DNA of 47,898 nucleotides, taken from Planctomycetota bacterium. Its GTDB lineage: Bacteria > Planctomycetota > Planctomycetia > Pirellulales > Lacipirellulaceae. Each line of letters begins with the position of its first letter. Position 1 is the stretch's first letter. Position numbers and translations under genes: made by a program. The notes beneath the pieces were generated by a model, which was not told where the DNA came from, did not search any database, and worked only from the letters and a program-made list of their open reading frames with translations. The DNA lies in contig JANNTD010000127.1 of NCBI GenBank assembly GCA_031403315.1, positions 1 to 47,898 of the forward strand. Reading direction: 5' to 3'. Shown piece by piece: positions 1-7,689 of the stretch.

Positions 1-154
1 TCTCGCCCATCCACTCGACTGCCTGGCTGCCGACAGTCGAGGCGGCCACCATGATCATGCCGGCGATGGCGATAATCATCACGACTTGCAGGGCTTCGAG
101 GCCTTCTTCGTTGCTGTGGAACTTGCGGATCAGGTTGTTCAGGTTCGTGGTCAT
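1..154 (-). CDS. Flp/type IVb prepilin-like small protein, copy A (3' end outside window)
   Basis: ATG at 154-152 is preceded by GAGGAG. nt 1-154 equal 423-576 except C89/T511, a synonymous Leu change. Product begins MTTNLNNLIRKFHSNEEG-LEALQVVMIIAIAGMIMVAAS: short polar leader, Gly, then one hydrophobic helix. Confidence 0.5.
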   Translation of the reverse strand, partial: MTTNLNNLIRKFHSNEEGLEALQVVMIIAIAGMIMVAASTVGSQAVEWMGE

Positions 155-309
155 CTTCGTATCTCCTCGGAAAAAAGTGTTTGTTTCGGATGCAGGCCCT
201 GTCTTGTCAGCCAAGTCAGTGTTCCTGCTTACAAAGTCTCATACGGGCGATTTGGCGGGTGTTACAGCGAAGCGGAACTCTTTTTGGGGCGGATATCACC
301 GCGGCTGCC

Positions 310-350
310 AAAAGAAAAAGGCGGCTCGATTCCGGAGGGAATCGGCCGCC
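310..350 (-). terminator. Intrinsic terminator downstream of pilin copy B
   Basis: GGCGGC(T)CGATTCC (320-333) pairs with GGAATCGGCCGCC (338-350): a 13-bp GC-rich stem with one bulge and a 4-nt loop. On the minus strand it is followed by TTTTTCTTTT (complement of 310-319). It lies about 35 nt after the stop at 385. TTTT also follows on the plus strand. Confidence 0.8.
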
Positions 351-384
351 TTTTAGAGGTGCCAAGGTGAATCTGGCTAAGGAT

Positions 385-576
385 TTAGAGGGAGATGTCT
401 TGGCCCTTGAGGGCTTCCCACTTCTCGCCCATCCACTCGACTGCCTGGCTGCCGACAGTCGAGGCGGCCACCATGATCATGCCGGCGATGGCGATAATCA
501 TCACGACTTGTAGGGCTTCGAGGCCTTCTTCGTTGCTGTGGAACTTGCGGATCAGGTTGTTCAGGTTCGTGGTCAT
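385..576 (-). CDS. Flp/type IVb prepilin-like small protein, copy B
   Basis: 63-codon ORF with a GGGAG SD 9 nt upstream of ATG 576. Leader-Gly-hydrophobic helix layout (..HSNEEG LEALQVVMIIAIAGMIMVAASTVG..), followed by a strong terminator. A CpaF-class ATPase lies 2 kb away on the same strand. Confidence 0.55.
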   Translation of the reverse strand: MTTNLNNLIRKFHSNEEGLEALQVVMIIAIAGMIMVAASTVGSQAVEWMGEKWEALKGQDISL

Positions 577-1068
577 CTTCGTAATCTCCCGTAAAAAGTG
601 GTGTTTTGGATGCAGGCCCTGTCTTGTCAGCCAAGTAGTCAGTCTCCTGCGAACATCATCTCATACGGGCCGCTAGGCGGGTGTTACAGGCCGGTCAGAA
701 AAAGCGTCCCGGGCCATAGATGTGCAAAATGTAACACTCGGGGCGCGCTCGAAAATCCTCGAGATCTGGCCGTAGATGACCAAAAGTCGCCGGGAGTTCT
801 GCGCATCTATGGAGGTGGCAAGATGGGTAAAATATGGCTCCGCGGTTAGGAGCCGCACTCGGGGCAGGCGTAGGGACTATTTGCCCACGGACTTAGATGG
901 CTGTCCCTCGGATTCCGCCTGGCGGGCGACCGGTTGCGCCCAAAACCAATAAGTGCCACCACAGCGAGCCCGACGAGTGTTCGGCAGCCGGGTTCAGGAA
1001 CGATTGATTCACTAGGCCACCCCCTTAATAAGTAAGGTCGCCACTTGCATTAGATAACTCTGTAGTAT

Positions 1069-1078
1069 AGAGTACTCT
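1069..1078. promoter_or_regulatory. Perfect 10-bp palindrome AGAGTACTCT, candidate operator upstream of the 1097-2510 operon
   Basis: The palindrome sits 19 nt upstream of ATG 1097 in an AT-richer stretch and overlaps a possible TTGCAT(1045)-N17-TAGAGT(1068) sigma70-like promoter. The operon encodes a winged-helix regulator. Function is inferred only. Confidence 0.2.
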
Positions 1079-1096
1079 GCAGTCCTGGAGACCATC

Positions 1097-1636
1097 ATGT
1101 CACTGTCACCGAACGAAGCCGCGCAAAGCTTGCGCGAGGCCACTGTAATTCAGAAGCGCAGCGCCGAAGTCTATGGGTATAGCCTGTGCGCTCCATACTT
1201 CTTTATCTGGGGCCTGGTCTGGGTGGCAGGTTACGCCGGCCAAGCCTTGGCGCCCGCCCGCACCGGATGGATATGGCCGGGTAGCGTGCTCGCGGGCATC
1301 CTCGCAACAGTTGTTGCCGGCAAGATGCAGAAAATGCGCCCCCATTGGCGCGTTGGCGCCGCTTTCGGCCTGATTTTTGCCTTCAGTTGCGCGCTATTCG
1401 CGGTCATTCCCCCGAGGAATGATCTTCAGGCAGGCGCTTACTGGCCCCTGCTATTTGCCGCTCTGTACGCGGGTGTGGGGCTTTGGTTCGGCACGCGCTA
1501 CATGATCGTGGGCGCCATTCTCGCTGCCGCTGCGCTGGGCGGATATTTTTTCCTGCCCGGAATTTTCTTCCTCTGGATGGCGCTCGTCGGCGGAGGGTCT
1601 CTGATCTTGACAGGCTTTTGGCTGAGGCGGGCCTGA
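1097..1636 (+). CDS. Polytopic membrane protein, unknown function
   Basis: 179 aa with several hydrophobic helices (YFFIWGLVWVAGYAG, VLAGILATVVAG, AAFGLIFAFSCALFAV, IFFLWMALVGGGSLILTGFW). GGAGA SD. The stop abuts the next ATG (TGAcATG). Confidence 0.6.
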   Translation: MSLSPNEAAQSLREATVIQKRSAEVYGYSLCAPYFFIWGLVWVAGYAGQALAPARTGWIWPGSVLAGILATVVAGKMQKMRPHWRVGAAFGLIFAFSCALFAVIPPRNDLQAGAYWPLLFAALYAGVGLWFGTRYMIVGAILAAAALGGYFFLPGIFFLWMALVGGGSLILTGFWLRRA

Positions 1637-1637
1637 C

Positions 1638-1928
1638 ATGGAGCAGCCCGATTCCATCATCCATCAGCCAGTGCGGCTGAAAATCATGGCAGCGCTGAAT
1701 CCGCTGCCGGCGTCCGAGAAAATTGAATTTGTGCGGCTGCGCGCGATCGTGGCTGCTACCGAAGGCAATCTCGGCGCGCATCTCGGCACACTAGAGCAAG
1801 CAGGCTATATCGCAGTGGAAAAGGATTTCGACGGCAAGAAGCCCCGTACTCGAGTTCGCCTCACCAAAAATGGACGTCGCGCCTTTGAAGTCTATGTGGC
1901 TTATCTGCGCGACATTATTGAAGGTTGA
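1638..1928 (+). CDS. Small winged-helix DNA-binding transcriptional regulator (HTH_34/ArsR-like layout)
   Basis: 96 aa. HQPVRLKIMAAL ... FVRLRAIVAATEGNLGAHLGTLEQAGYIAVEKDFDGKKPRTRVRLTKNGRRAF reads as helix-turn-helix followed by a basic beta-wing. Translationally coupled to both neighbouring genes. Confidence 0.7.
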   Translation: MEQPDSIIHQPVRLKIMAALNPLPASEKIEFVRLRAIVAATEGNLGAHLGTLEQAGYIAVEKDFDGKKPRTRVRLTKNGRRAFEVYVAYLRDIIEG

Positions 1929-1934
1929 TCCGCC

Positions 1935-2510
1935 ATGAATATTTCCAATATTTCCTTCCTCGGCTGGATTCACAGCGTTGCCTGTCTTGCAGCTCTATTT
2001 ATTGGCGCGTATGTACTCGCGGCGACAAAGGGCACGCGCCGTCATCGCTATTGGGGCTTCTGGTATGCCGGCGCGATGGGCGTGCTGAATCTGAGCGCCT
2101 TAGCCATCTATCGCTTCGATATTTTGCCGGGCGCAGTCCTTAGGGTCGGGCCAGGGGTTTTCGGCATTTTTCATATCGTATCCGTCATCGAGATTCTGAT
2201 CGTTGCGATGGGCATTTACAGTGCCTCCCGGCAAAAACGCGCCATGTGGGCGTATCTGCACCCGCAGTTGATGCTGCTCAGCTTCTATCTTCTGATCGGT
2301 GGATTGATCAACGAAGCATTTGTTCGCGTGACTTGCCTGCACGATTTTGCGATGGCCGTAAGCCCCGAGGCCTTAAATCCCGCCAACACCCTCATCGCCG
2401 GCCGGACACAACAACTATCGATGCTCGTCTGGGGGTTCTGGGTGATTTATTTCGTGGTCAAGGTCGCGCGATCGAGGCGCCGCAAAGATAGTGTAACTTC
2501 TGTTCTGTAA
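1935..2510 (+). CDS. Polytopic membrane protein, unknown function
   Basis: 191 aa with at least 5 hydrophobic segments (WIHSVACLAALFIGAYVLA, VFGIFHIVSVIEILIVAMGIY, LMLLSFYLLIGGLI, MLVWGFWVIYFVV). Starts 7 nt after the regulator's stop. Confidence 0.6.
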   Translation: MNISNISFLGWIHSVACLAALFIGAYVLAATKGTRRHRYWGFWYAGAMGVLNLSALAIYRFDILPGAVLRVGPGVFGIFHIVSVIEILIVAMGIYSASRQKRAMWAYLHPQLMLLSFYLLIGGLINEAFVRVTCLHDFAMAVSPEALNPANTLIAGRTQQLSMLVWGFWVIYFVVKVARSRRRKDSVTSVL

Positions 2511-2670
2511 AAGTGATCGCTTGGGGGCTGTGTTGGAGGCCGCCATAGATTGCCAAACGGACGGGGCCACACAGGACCGCGTCGGTACTCCCCAGACCGA
2601 CGTTCGTTTGGCACTCTTTGGACGAAGGTGCCAAATCGTATTGGTGCCGTTGAAATGAGAACCAAATCGG

Positions 2671-3795
2671 CTAGCTGTTGGCGCTCGTCGATGAAAACAG
2701 CTTCCGCGTCAGCTTGACGCGGTCCTGATAGCCCATTTGGGCGGCTTCTTCGGCAAAAGTCGGCACGACGCCGGTCGGCAGCAGTTCCCCCAGCAGCCTG
2801 CCATCCGGACCGATTCCCTTGGCCTCGAACCGATAGAGGTCCTGGAATTGATAGTTGCCGCGTTCGTCCAGGCCGAGGCACTCGCTGATCGCGCGGATCT
2901 TGCGCGAGCCGTCGAGGAAGCGGGCGATCTGCACCACGAGCTGAATGGCCGAGGCCACTTGCATCCGGGCCACGTGGACCGGCAAGGCCACGTCGCTCAT
3001 CATGCTCAGTGTTTCGAGCCGAATCGCGGCGTCGTTGGCGGTCGTGGCATGCACGGTGGTGAGCGAGCCCGAGTGGCCGGAGATCATCGACTGGACCAAA
3101 TCGAGGGCTTCGCCGCGGCGGATTTCGCCGACCACGATCCGATCGGGCCGCATCCGCAGCGAATCGACAAACAGGTCGCGGATCGTCACCCGCCCCGTCC
3201 CATCCGGCTTGGCCGGTTGAGCTTCCAAGTACACGGTGTGGGGCTGATTGAGCTGCAGCTCGGAGCTGTCTTCGATGACGACGATCCGTTCATTCTCCGG
3301 GATCTCGGCCGACAGCGCGTTCAAGAGCGACGTCTTGCCGCTGCCCGTCCCGCCGGCGATCACCGTGTTCTTGTGCAGCAGGACCGACAAGCCGAGGAAT
3401 TCCCGGCCCTCTTCCGACATGCTGCCCGACTTCACCAGCGACGACAGGTTGAACGACGATTGCTTGAACTTGCGGATCGAGATGCAGCAGCCGTTGCGCG
3501 AGCTGGGCGGCACGATCACGTGTACGCGCGAGCCGTCCGGCAGGCGGGCGTCCATGCTGTGGTTGTCATCGTCGATCGAGCGGCCCGTGTATTCGGCGAT
3601 GTTTCGCGCCGCCGCCATCAACAGGGCCGGATTGGGGAACGAGAGCTCCGAGCGGTTCAAGCGGCCGTCGCGTTCAAAATAGATCGTCCGGTGGCCGTTG
3701 ATGAGAATCTCCGTCACCGACGGATCATCCAAGAGCGGCAACACGGGTGCCAAGAAGTGACGGACCGTTTCCTGGTAGATTTCCTTCGTTTCCAT
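2671..3795 (-). CDS. cpaF: CpaF/TadA-class type II/IV secretion ATPase
   Basis: Walker A AGGTGSGKTS, Walker B-like RIVVIEDSSEL, His-box GHSGSLTTVHA and N-terminal SVTEILING motif. Start placed at METKEIYQ (ATG 3795); the 49 upstream in-frame codons are Arg/Gly-rich and lack a family match. Confidence 0.85.
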   Translation of the reverse strand: METKEIYQETVRHFLAPVLPLLDDPSVTEILINGHRTIYFERDGRLNRSELSFPNPALLMAAARNIAEYTGRSIDDDNHSMDARLPDGSRVHVIVPPSSRNGCCISIRKFKQSSFNLSSLVKSGSMSEEGREFLGLSVLLHKNTVIAGGTGSGKTSLLNALSAEIPENERIVVIEDSSELQLNQPHTVYLEAQPAKPDGTGRVTIRDLFVDSLRMRPDRIVVGEIRRGEALDLVQSMISGHSGSLTTVHATTANDAAIRLETLSMMSDVALPVHVARMQVASAIQLVVQIARFLDGSRKIRAISECLGLDERGNYQFQDLYRFEAKGIGPDGRLLGELLPTGVVPTFAEEAAQMGYQDRVKLTRKLFSSTSANS

Positions 3796-3976
3796 CGTTC
3801 GTTTTCCGGGATCGCGCCTTTTCCAAAAGCTACCCTTGCCGGGACACGCCGCCCATTGTAGCACCCTCCGGCCCATCGAGTATGATGGTGGGCAACCGCA
3901 GCCGCCCAGGTGGCGTTTCGACCGCCGACTCTCGCTTCCCATCCCAACCGGTCCGTCCCCAACAATCGATCCGACG

Positions 3977-6484
3977 ATGAACCAGCATCCCTCCTACGAG
4001 CTGTTCGAAGAACTTGGCCGCGGCGTGAACACGGTCGTGTTCCGCAGCTACGACCTGTCCCTCGGCCGCGAAGTGGCGATCAAGGAGCTGGACGAAAGCG
4101 CTCGGCGGGACCCGCGTCACCGCGAGCGCTTCCTGCGCGAGGCCCAGTTTCTGGCCCAATTCGAGCACGACAACGTGCTGCGAGTGTATTCGGTCGATAC
4201 CGAGCGGGGCTGGATCGTCATGGAATTGATGAAGGGCACGCTGGCGTCGATCATCGCCGAGGGGCCCAGCGATCCCGATTTGGTCCGCAGCGTGCTCAAG
4301 CAGACGCTCGAAGCACTCGCCTTCTTGCACGAGAAGAGCAAGGTCCACGGCACCGTGCGGCCGTCCAATCTGCTGATCAACGAAGCGGGCCGGGTGAAGC
4401 TCAGTGAGTTCGAGCAGACAGCCGTCGGCGGCGAGCTGCGCGTGCCGCGGGGGAGCAAGAAATACCTGGCGCCCGAGTTGATCCGGCCGGAATTCGGCGA
4501 CTTCGGACCGCCACTCGACTTGTACTGCTTGGGATTTACGGCGCTCGAATTGCTCAAGGGTCCGCAGTTCGACGGCTTGTTCCCGGGAACGGGCAAAGGC
4601 GCCATCGACGCCGACACGGCCTGGCTGCGCTGGCATAGTTCGCCCGACGAGCTCGCCTCGACCAAGAAGCTCGTCAAAGGAATCCCCGACGACCTGGCCC
4701 ACGTGCTCGATCGGATGCTCAAGAAGCGAGTCGCCGAGCGAGCCCAGACCGCTCAAGAAGTGCTCAAAGAACTGGCCGACCGGCCCTTCATTCCGGTGCC
4801 GGTCGCGGGTGGAGTCGACGAGGAGGGCGCGGTCCCAGCGGATGGCCGTCCGCTCGCACCGGCTGTGGTGAGAACGTTGTCGCCGGGACAGCAAACGGTC
4901 CTGCCCGGCGGGCATAGTCCGGTAGCTACCGCCGAGGTTGCTGCCCCGTCCGCCGAGAAACGCGCGAAAAAACCGACTGCAGCAACGACTAAGCCCGCGG
5001 CGCCAAAATTCAGCAAGGACTGGTTCAACCAGCAGCTAAGTCGGCCCTATGTGCTGTACCCGCTCTGCGCCTTGATAATCCTCGGCGCGCTTTGGTTTAG
5101 CTTTCGCGGCAACGCCGGGGCGGCGATTCCCGTGACGTTTGCCGTCGAACCGGATGCCGCCAATCTGGAAGTCGTCGAAGGTCAGAAGCCCGTCCAAGCG
5201 TCGCCCGACGGAACGTATGCCTTCAAACCCGGTAAGCATGCCGTGACCTTTCGCAAGGCAGGTTTCCATCCGGCCACGCAGGAGCTAGTCGTCTCGGCGG
5301 AGAAGAACAAGTTCTCGGTCAAGCTCGAACCGATCATCACGTTCGTCGACGTCGCCGTTCAACTGTCGCCCCCCGATGCTCAATTGAGCGTGGGCGGCAA
5401 AAACCAGGCGTTGGTTGAAGGGGCCGCGACGTACAAGCACCAACAAGGACAACCGCTGCTGTTGGAAGCACGCCGCGATGGGTACGTGCCGGCCACTCGG
5501 TCGCTCTCGCCCGAGGAACTCTCGAAGCTCGGCAACAAAGTGTCGCTCGAGCTGGAGCGCGAAAAGCCGCGTCTGCCCGAGTCGCTCGTCGCCAAGCCCG
5601 GCGCGGAAGTTGACTCGGCGATTCAATTGCCGGTCCGCGCACTTGCCGCACGGCTGGGTGACCAACAGCCGTTGGAGTTCGCACTGGTTAAGCCGGGAAC
5701 GTACAACTATGGCTCGTCGAGCGACAAACTCCGCGAGGGCGAATTGCCGAAGCGCACCGTCGAGATCAAGCAGCCGTTCTACATCGCGCTCCTCGAAGTC
5801 ACCAATGCCCAATACCAACAGTTCTCCGGCGCCGCGGGAGACTCGAAAGCGGGCACCCGCTGGCAAGATGCATCTAAAAAATGGGCCGAGCCGCAGAACC
5901 TCGACCCACTGAAAAATCCTCTGCCCGTAACCAATGTATCGAGCGAACAAGCCCAGGCCTGCTGCCAATGGCTCGGCGGCCGTCTGCCGACGGAGATCGA
6001 ATGGGAGAGCGCCGTCCGCGGACCGCAGGATCGGGGCTACCCGCTACCGTGGGGATCCGACGAGCCCAACCGCGACCGCTGCCAAATTTTTTACGGCGAG
6101 CTCGGACCGGTGCCGGTGGAGAGATTGACGGCGGGTGCGTCGCCGCTGGGGCTCATGAACGCGATCGGCAACGCGGCCGAATGGTGCCAGGACAGCGAGC
6201 AGCCGGGCGGCTTCATCCTCCGCGGCTGCAGTTTTGCGACCGCCAACATCGACGACGTCCGCGTCACCTGGCGGCGGCGCGGCGACGTCCGCGGCGAAGA
6301 AGACACCGGCTTTCGCGTTGTGATTCCCATCACCATTCCCGTCGCCGATGCCGGCCCCGGTTCGGTTCATACGCCCAATTCCAAATCGGAAGTCAGCAGC
6401 AACCCGAATCTACTGACGCCGGTCGTGGTGCTGTTCTCGTTGCCATGGGATTCGTATTCCCGCGAGCTCGGACTGACGGAGTGA
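3977..6484 (+). CDS. Hanks-type (pseudo)kinase domain - TM helix - FGE-sulfatase (SUMF1-like) domain protein
   Basis: Kinase-fold landmarks: VAIKEL and YLAPEL. TM helix: YVLYPLCALIILGALWFSF. C-terminus (YIALLEVTNAQYQQF ... CCQWLGGRLPTEIEWESAVRG ... GNAAEWCQD ... GFRVV) is typical of FGE-sulfatase domains. Start at MNQHPSYELFEELGRG (ATG 3977). Confidence 0.8.
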   Translation: MNQHPSYELFEELGRGVNTVVFRSYDLSLGREVAIKELDESARRDPRHRERFLREAQFLAQFEHDNVLRVYSVDTERGWIVMELMKGTLASIIAEGPSDPDLVRSVLKQTLEALAFLHEKSKVHGTVRPSNLLINEAGRVKLSEFEQTAVGGELRVPRGSKKYLAPELIRPEFGDFGPPLDLYCLGFTALELLKGPQFDGLFPGTGKGAIDADTAWLRWHSSPDELASTKKLVKGIPDDLAHVLDRMLKKRVAERAQTAQEVLKELADRPFIPVPVAGGVDEEGAVPADGRPLAPAVVRTLSPGQQTVLPGGHSPVATAEVAAPSAEKRAKKPTAATTKPAAPKFSKDWFNQQLSRPYVLYPLCALIILGALWFSFRGNAGAAIPVTFAVEPDAANLEVVEGQKPVQASPDGTYAFKPGKHAVTFRKAGFHPATQELVVSAEKNKFSVKLEPIITFVDVAVQLSPPDAQLSVGGKNQALVEGAATYKHQQGQPLLLEARRDGYVPATRSLSPEELSKLGNKVSLELEREKPRLPESLVAKPGAEVDSAIQLPVRALAARLGDQQPLEFALVKPGTYNYGSSSDKLREGELPKRTVEIKQPFYIALLEVTNAQYQQFSGAAGDSKAGTRWQDASKKWAEPQNLDPLKNPLPVTNVSSEQAQACCQWLGGRLPTEIEWESAVRGPQDRGYPLPWGSDEPNRDRCQIFYGELGPVPVERLTAGASPLGLMNAIGNAAEWCQDSEQPGGFILRGCSFATANIDDVRVTWRRRGDVRGEEDTGFRVVIPITIPVADAGPGSVHTPNSKSEVSSNPNLLTPVVVLFSLPWDSYSRELGLTE

Positions 6485-6493
6485 GTCAGAGAA

Positions 6494-6600
6494 AATGACC
6501 AATGACCAAATCCCAATGACCAAGTAGCCGCTGGTCTCGCTTGTCTCCCCGGTTGCCGACGTCTCCTTGTCTCCCCATCTCCTTGTCTCCTTGTCTCTTG
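6494..6600. repeat. Short direct word repeats (AATGACC x3; CCTTGTCTC-type x4-5)
   Basis: aatgaccaatgaccaaatcccaatgacc at 6494-6521. ttgtctcc / gtctccttgtctcccc / atctccttgtctccttgtctcttg at 6541-6600. Confidence 0.9.
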
Positions 6601-6870
6601 ATTGCCAATTGTCGGTCGGTCGAGCGAACTCTTTCGACAAATGGTGCTGGGGCTCGTGGTTTTTCGCGTTTTGTCGGGGCGTATTTTTTCGGCCGCCTCG
6701 CAAGTCGTTGGCTGGTTGTGACTTGTAAATCTTCGTCGCGGCGAAAACTCGCGCCGAGGCGACAATTGATGTCTGTTTTGTCGCTTGGCCCGCGCGGAAG
6801 CGACGTAAAAACTCGAGCGATGCTTGCCCGGCGATGGACAAAATGACTCGTCGAATTGTCGGATAGAGTC

Positions 6871-6917
6871 GGAGGGAGGGAGCAGGTGAGGAGGTGATAG
6901 GTGAGCAGGTGACAGGA
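6871..6917. repeat. Short direct word repeats (AGGTGA-type x4)
   Basis: ggagggagggagcaggtgaggaggtgataggtgagcaggtgacagg. Confidence 0.85.
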
Positions 6918-7051
6918 GTCGAGGGCCAGGCAGACGCTTCTGGCGCTGGCCCTCCGCTCTCCGCCCATGGCTCGCGAATGTTCATGCGTACACTATATCC
7001 AAGCGGGTGGCCAAATTCAAGAGCTATTTTTGGCCACTTGGGGATTTTCAC

Positions 7052-7115
7052 CACGGAGGCACGGAGGGCACGGAGAGGAGGGGAAATGACGAATGACGAA
7101 TGACCGCACGGAGAG
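7052..7115. repeat. Short direct word repeats (CACGGAG x4; AATGACG/AATGACC x3)
   Basis: cacggaggcacggagggcacggagaggaggggaaatgacgaatgacgaatgaccgcacggagag. The AATGAC word is the same one seen at 6494-6521. Confidence 0.9.
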
Positions 7116-7300
7116 ACCGGCAAATACGGCGGACAGTGAGACAGGCCGGATCAGCCGGCGTACCCGGTCGCCGGGTCGGCTCCCGGTTTTCCCAACTTCC
7201 ACAAGGAATTCAAGACCCGATTTCGGTCACTTGCGCAAGCCAAAGGCCGGAGGAATCAAACCGGTGTTTGACAGTTCGGCGAACGCAGTGCGATTGCAGC

Positions 7301-7636
7301 TCAATCATCGGCGCTCAAGATTTCCTTGCCTAACAGCTGCATCACATAGATGTGACGGCTCAAAACGCGATCGCGATGGCGTTGATATCGCAGAGTTTCG
7401 TCGCAAGAATTGACTCGGGACCGCTGCATCGAACGAAAGCTAGGATTGCTGACTCCGGCGCCTTTTACGTGAGCGCGGCGCACTTGTTCCATGGCACGTC
7501 GTTCGAGGTCGGTTATATCCGATGACATCGGCTTCGTATTTGCCGAAAGCTTGCGAGGGCGTCGCCGATCCGACATGTCGTTCACCGCTCCAAACAAGTC
7601 AAATAAGTGATTACCGAATGTCATGCAGGAAGACAA
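7301..7636 (-). CDS. Hypothetical small basic protein at the left edge of the R-M island
   Basis: 111-codon ORF (or about 91 codons from MSDRRRPRK), same strand as and 54 nt downstream of the methyltransferase, in the less GC-rich segment. No recognisable motif. Confidence 0.3.
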   Translation of the reverse strand: MSSCMTFGNHLFDLFGAVNDMSDRRRPRKLSANTKPMSSDITDLERRAMEQVRRAHVKGAGVSNPSFRSMQRSRVNSCDETLRYQRHRDRVLSRHIYVMQLLGKEILSADD

Positions 7637-7689
7637 TTGCCTTCGTCTTGTCCCTGAACTGACCGCGAACCGATGCGATATCCGTCGTC

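Larger units (their letters stand above)
1..690. repeat. Head-to-tail duplication, period 422 bp (pilin CDS plus leader)
   Basis: Position n aligns with n+422. The CDS part is identical apart from one base. The leader keeps conserved blocks (ggatgcaggccctgtcttgtcagccaagt at 188-216 and 608-636; ctcatacgggc; ggcgggtgttacag) separated by substitutions and indels. Confidence 0.9.

Noticed and set aside
160-260. Sigma54-type promoter in the conserved pilin leader (TTGGCTG...CCTGCAT on the minus strand)
   Set aside because: The GG and GC elements are about 19 nt apart instead of the required 10, so the conserved block is not a canonical -24/-12 promoter.
2737-3861. 374-aa plus-strand ORF
   Set aside because: It lies entirely antisense to the CpaF-class ATPase gene, which has clear Walker motifs. 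The product is Arg/Ala/Gly/His-rich with no motifs. This is a typical high-GC shadow ORF.
3836-3976. 47-codon upstream extension of the pseudokinase ORF; likewise 34526-34711 for the sulfatase and 36265-36312 for GH3
   Set aside because: The extensions lack signal or domain features. The sulfatase extension overlaps the EEP gene's 3' end, and the GH3 extension overlaps a terminator-like hairpin. The internal ATGs give sensible N-termini (kinase Gly loop, signal peptides).
6494-7115. Possible CRISPR array or minisatellite-encoded RNA
   Set aside because: The repeat units are only 6-9 nt and directly abutting, with no 25-40-nt spacers, no conserved longer repeat and no cas genes in the window.
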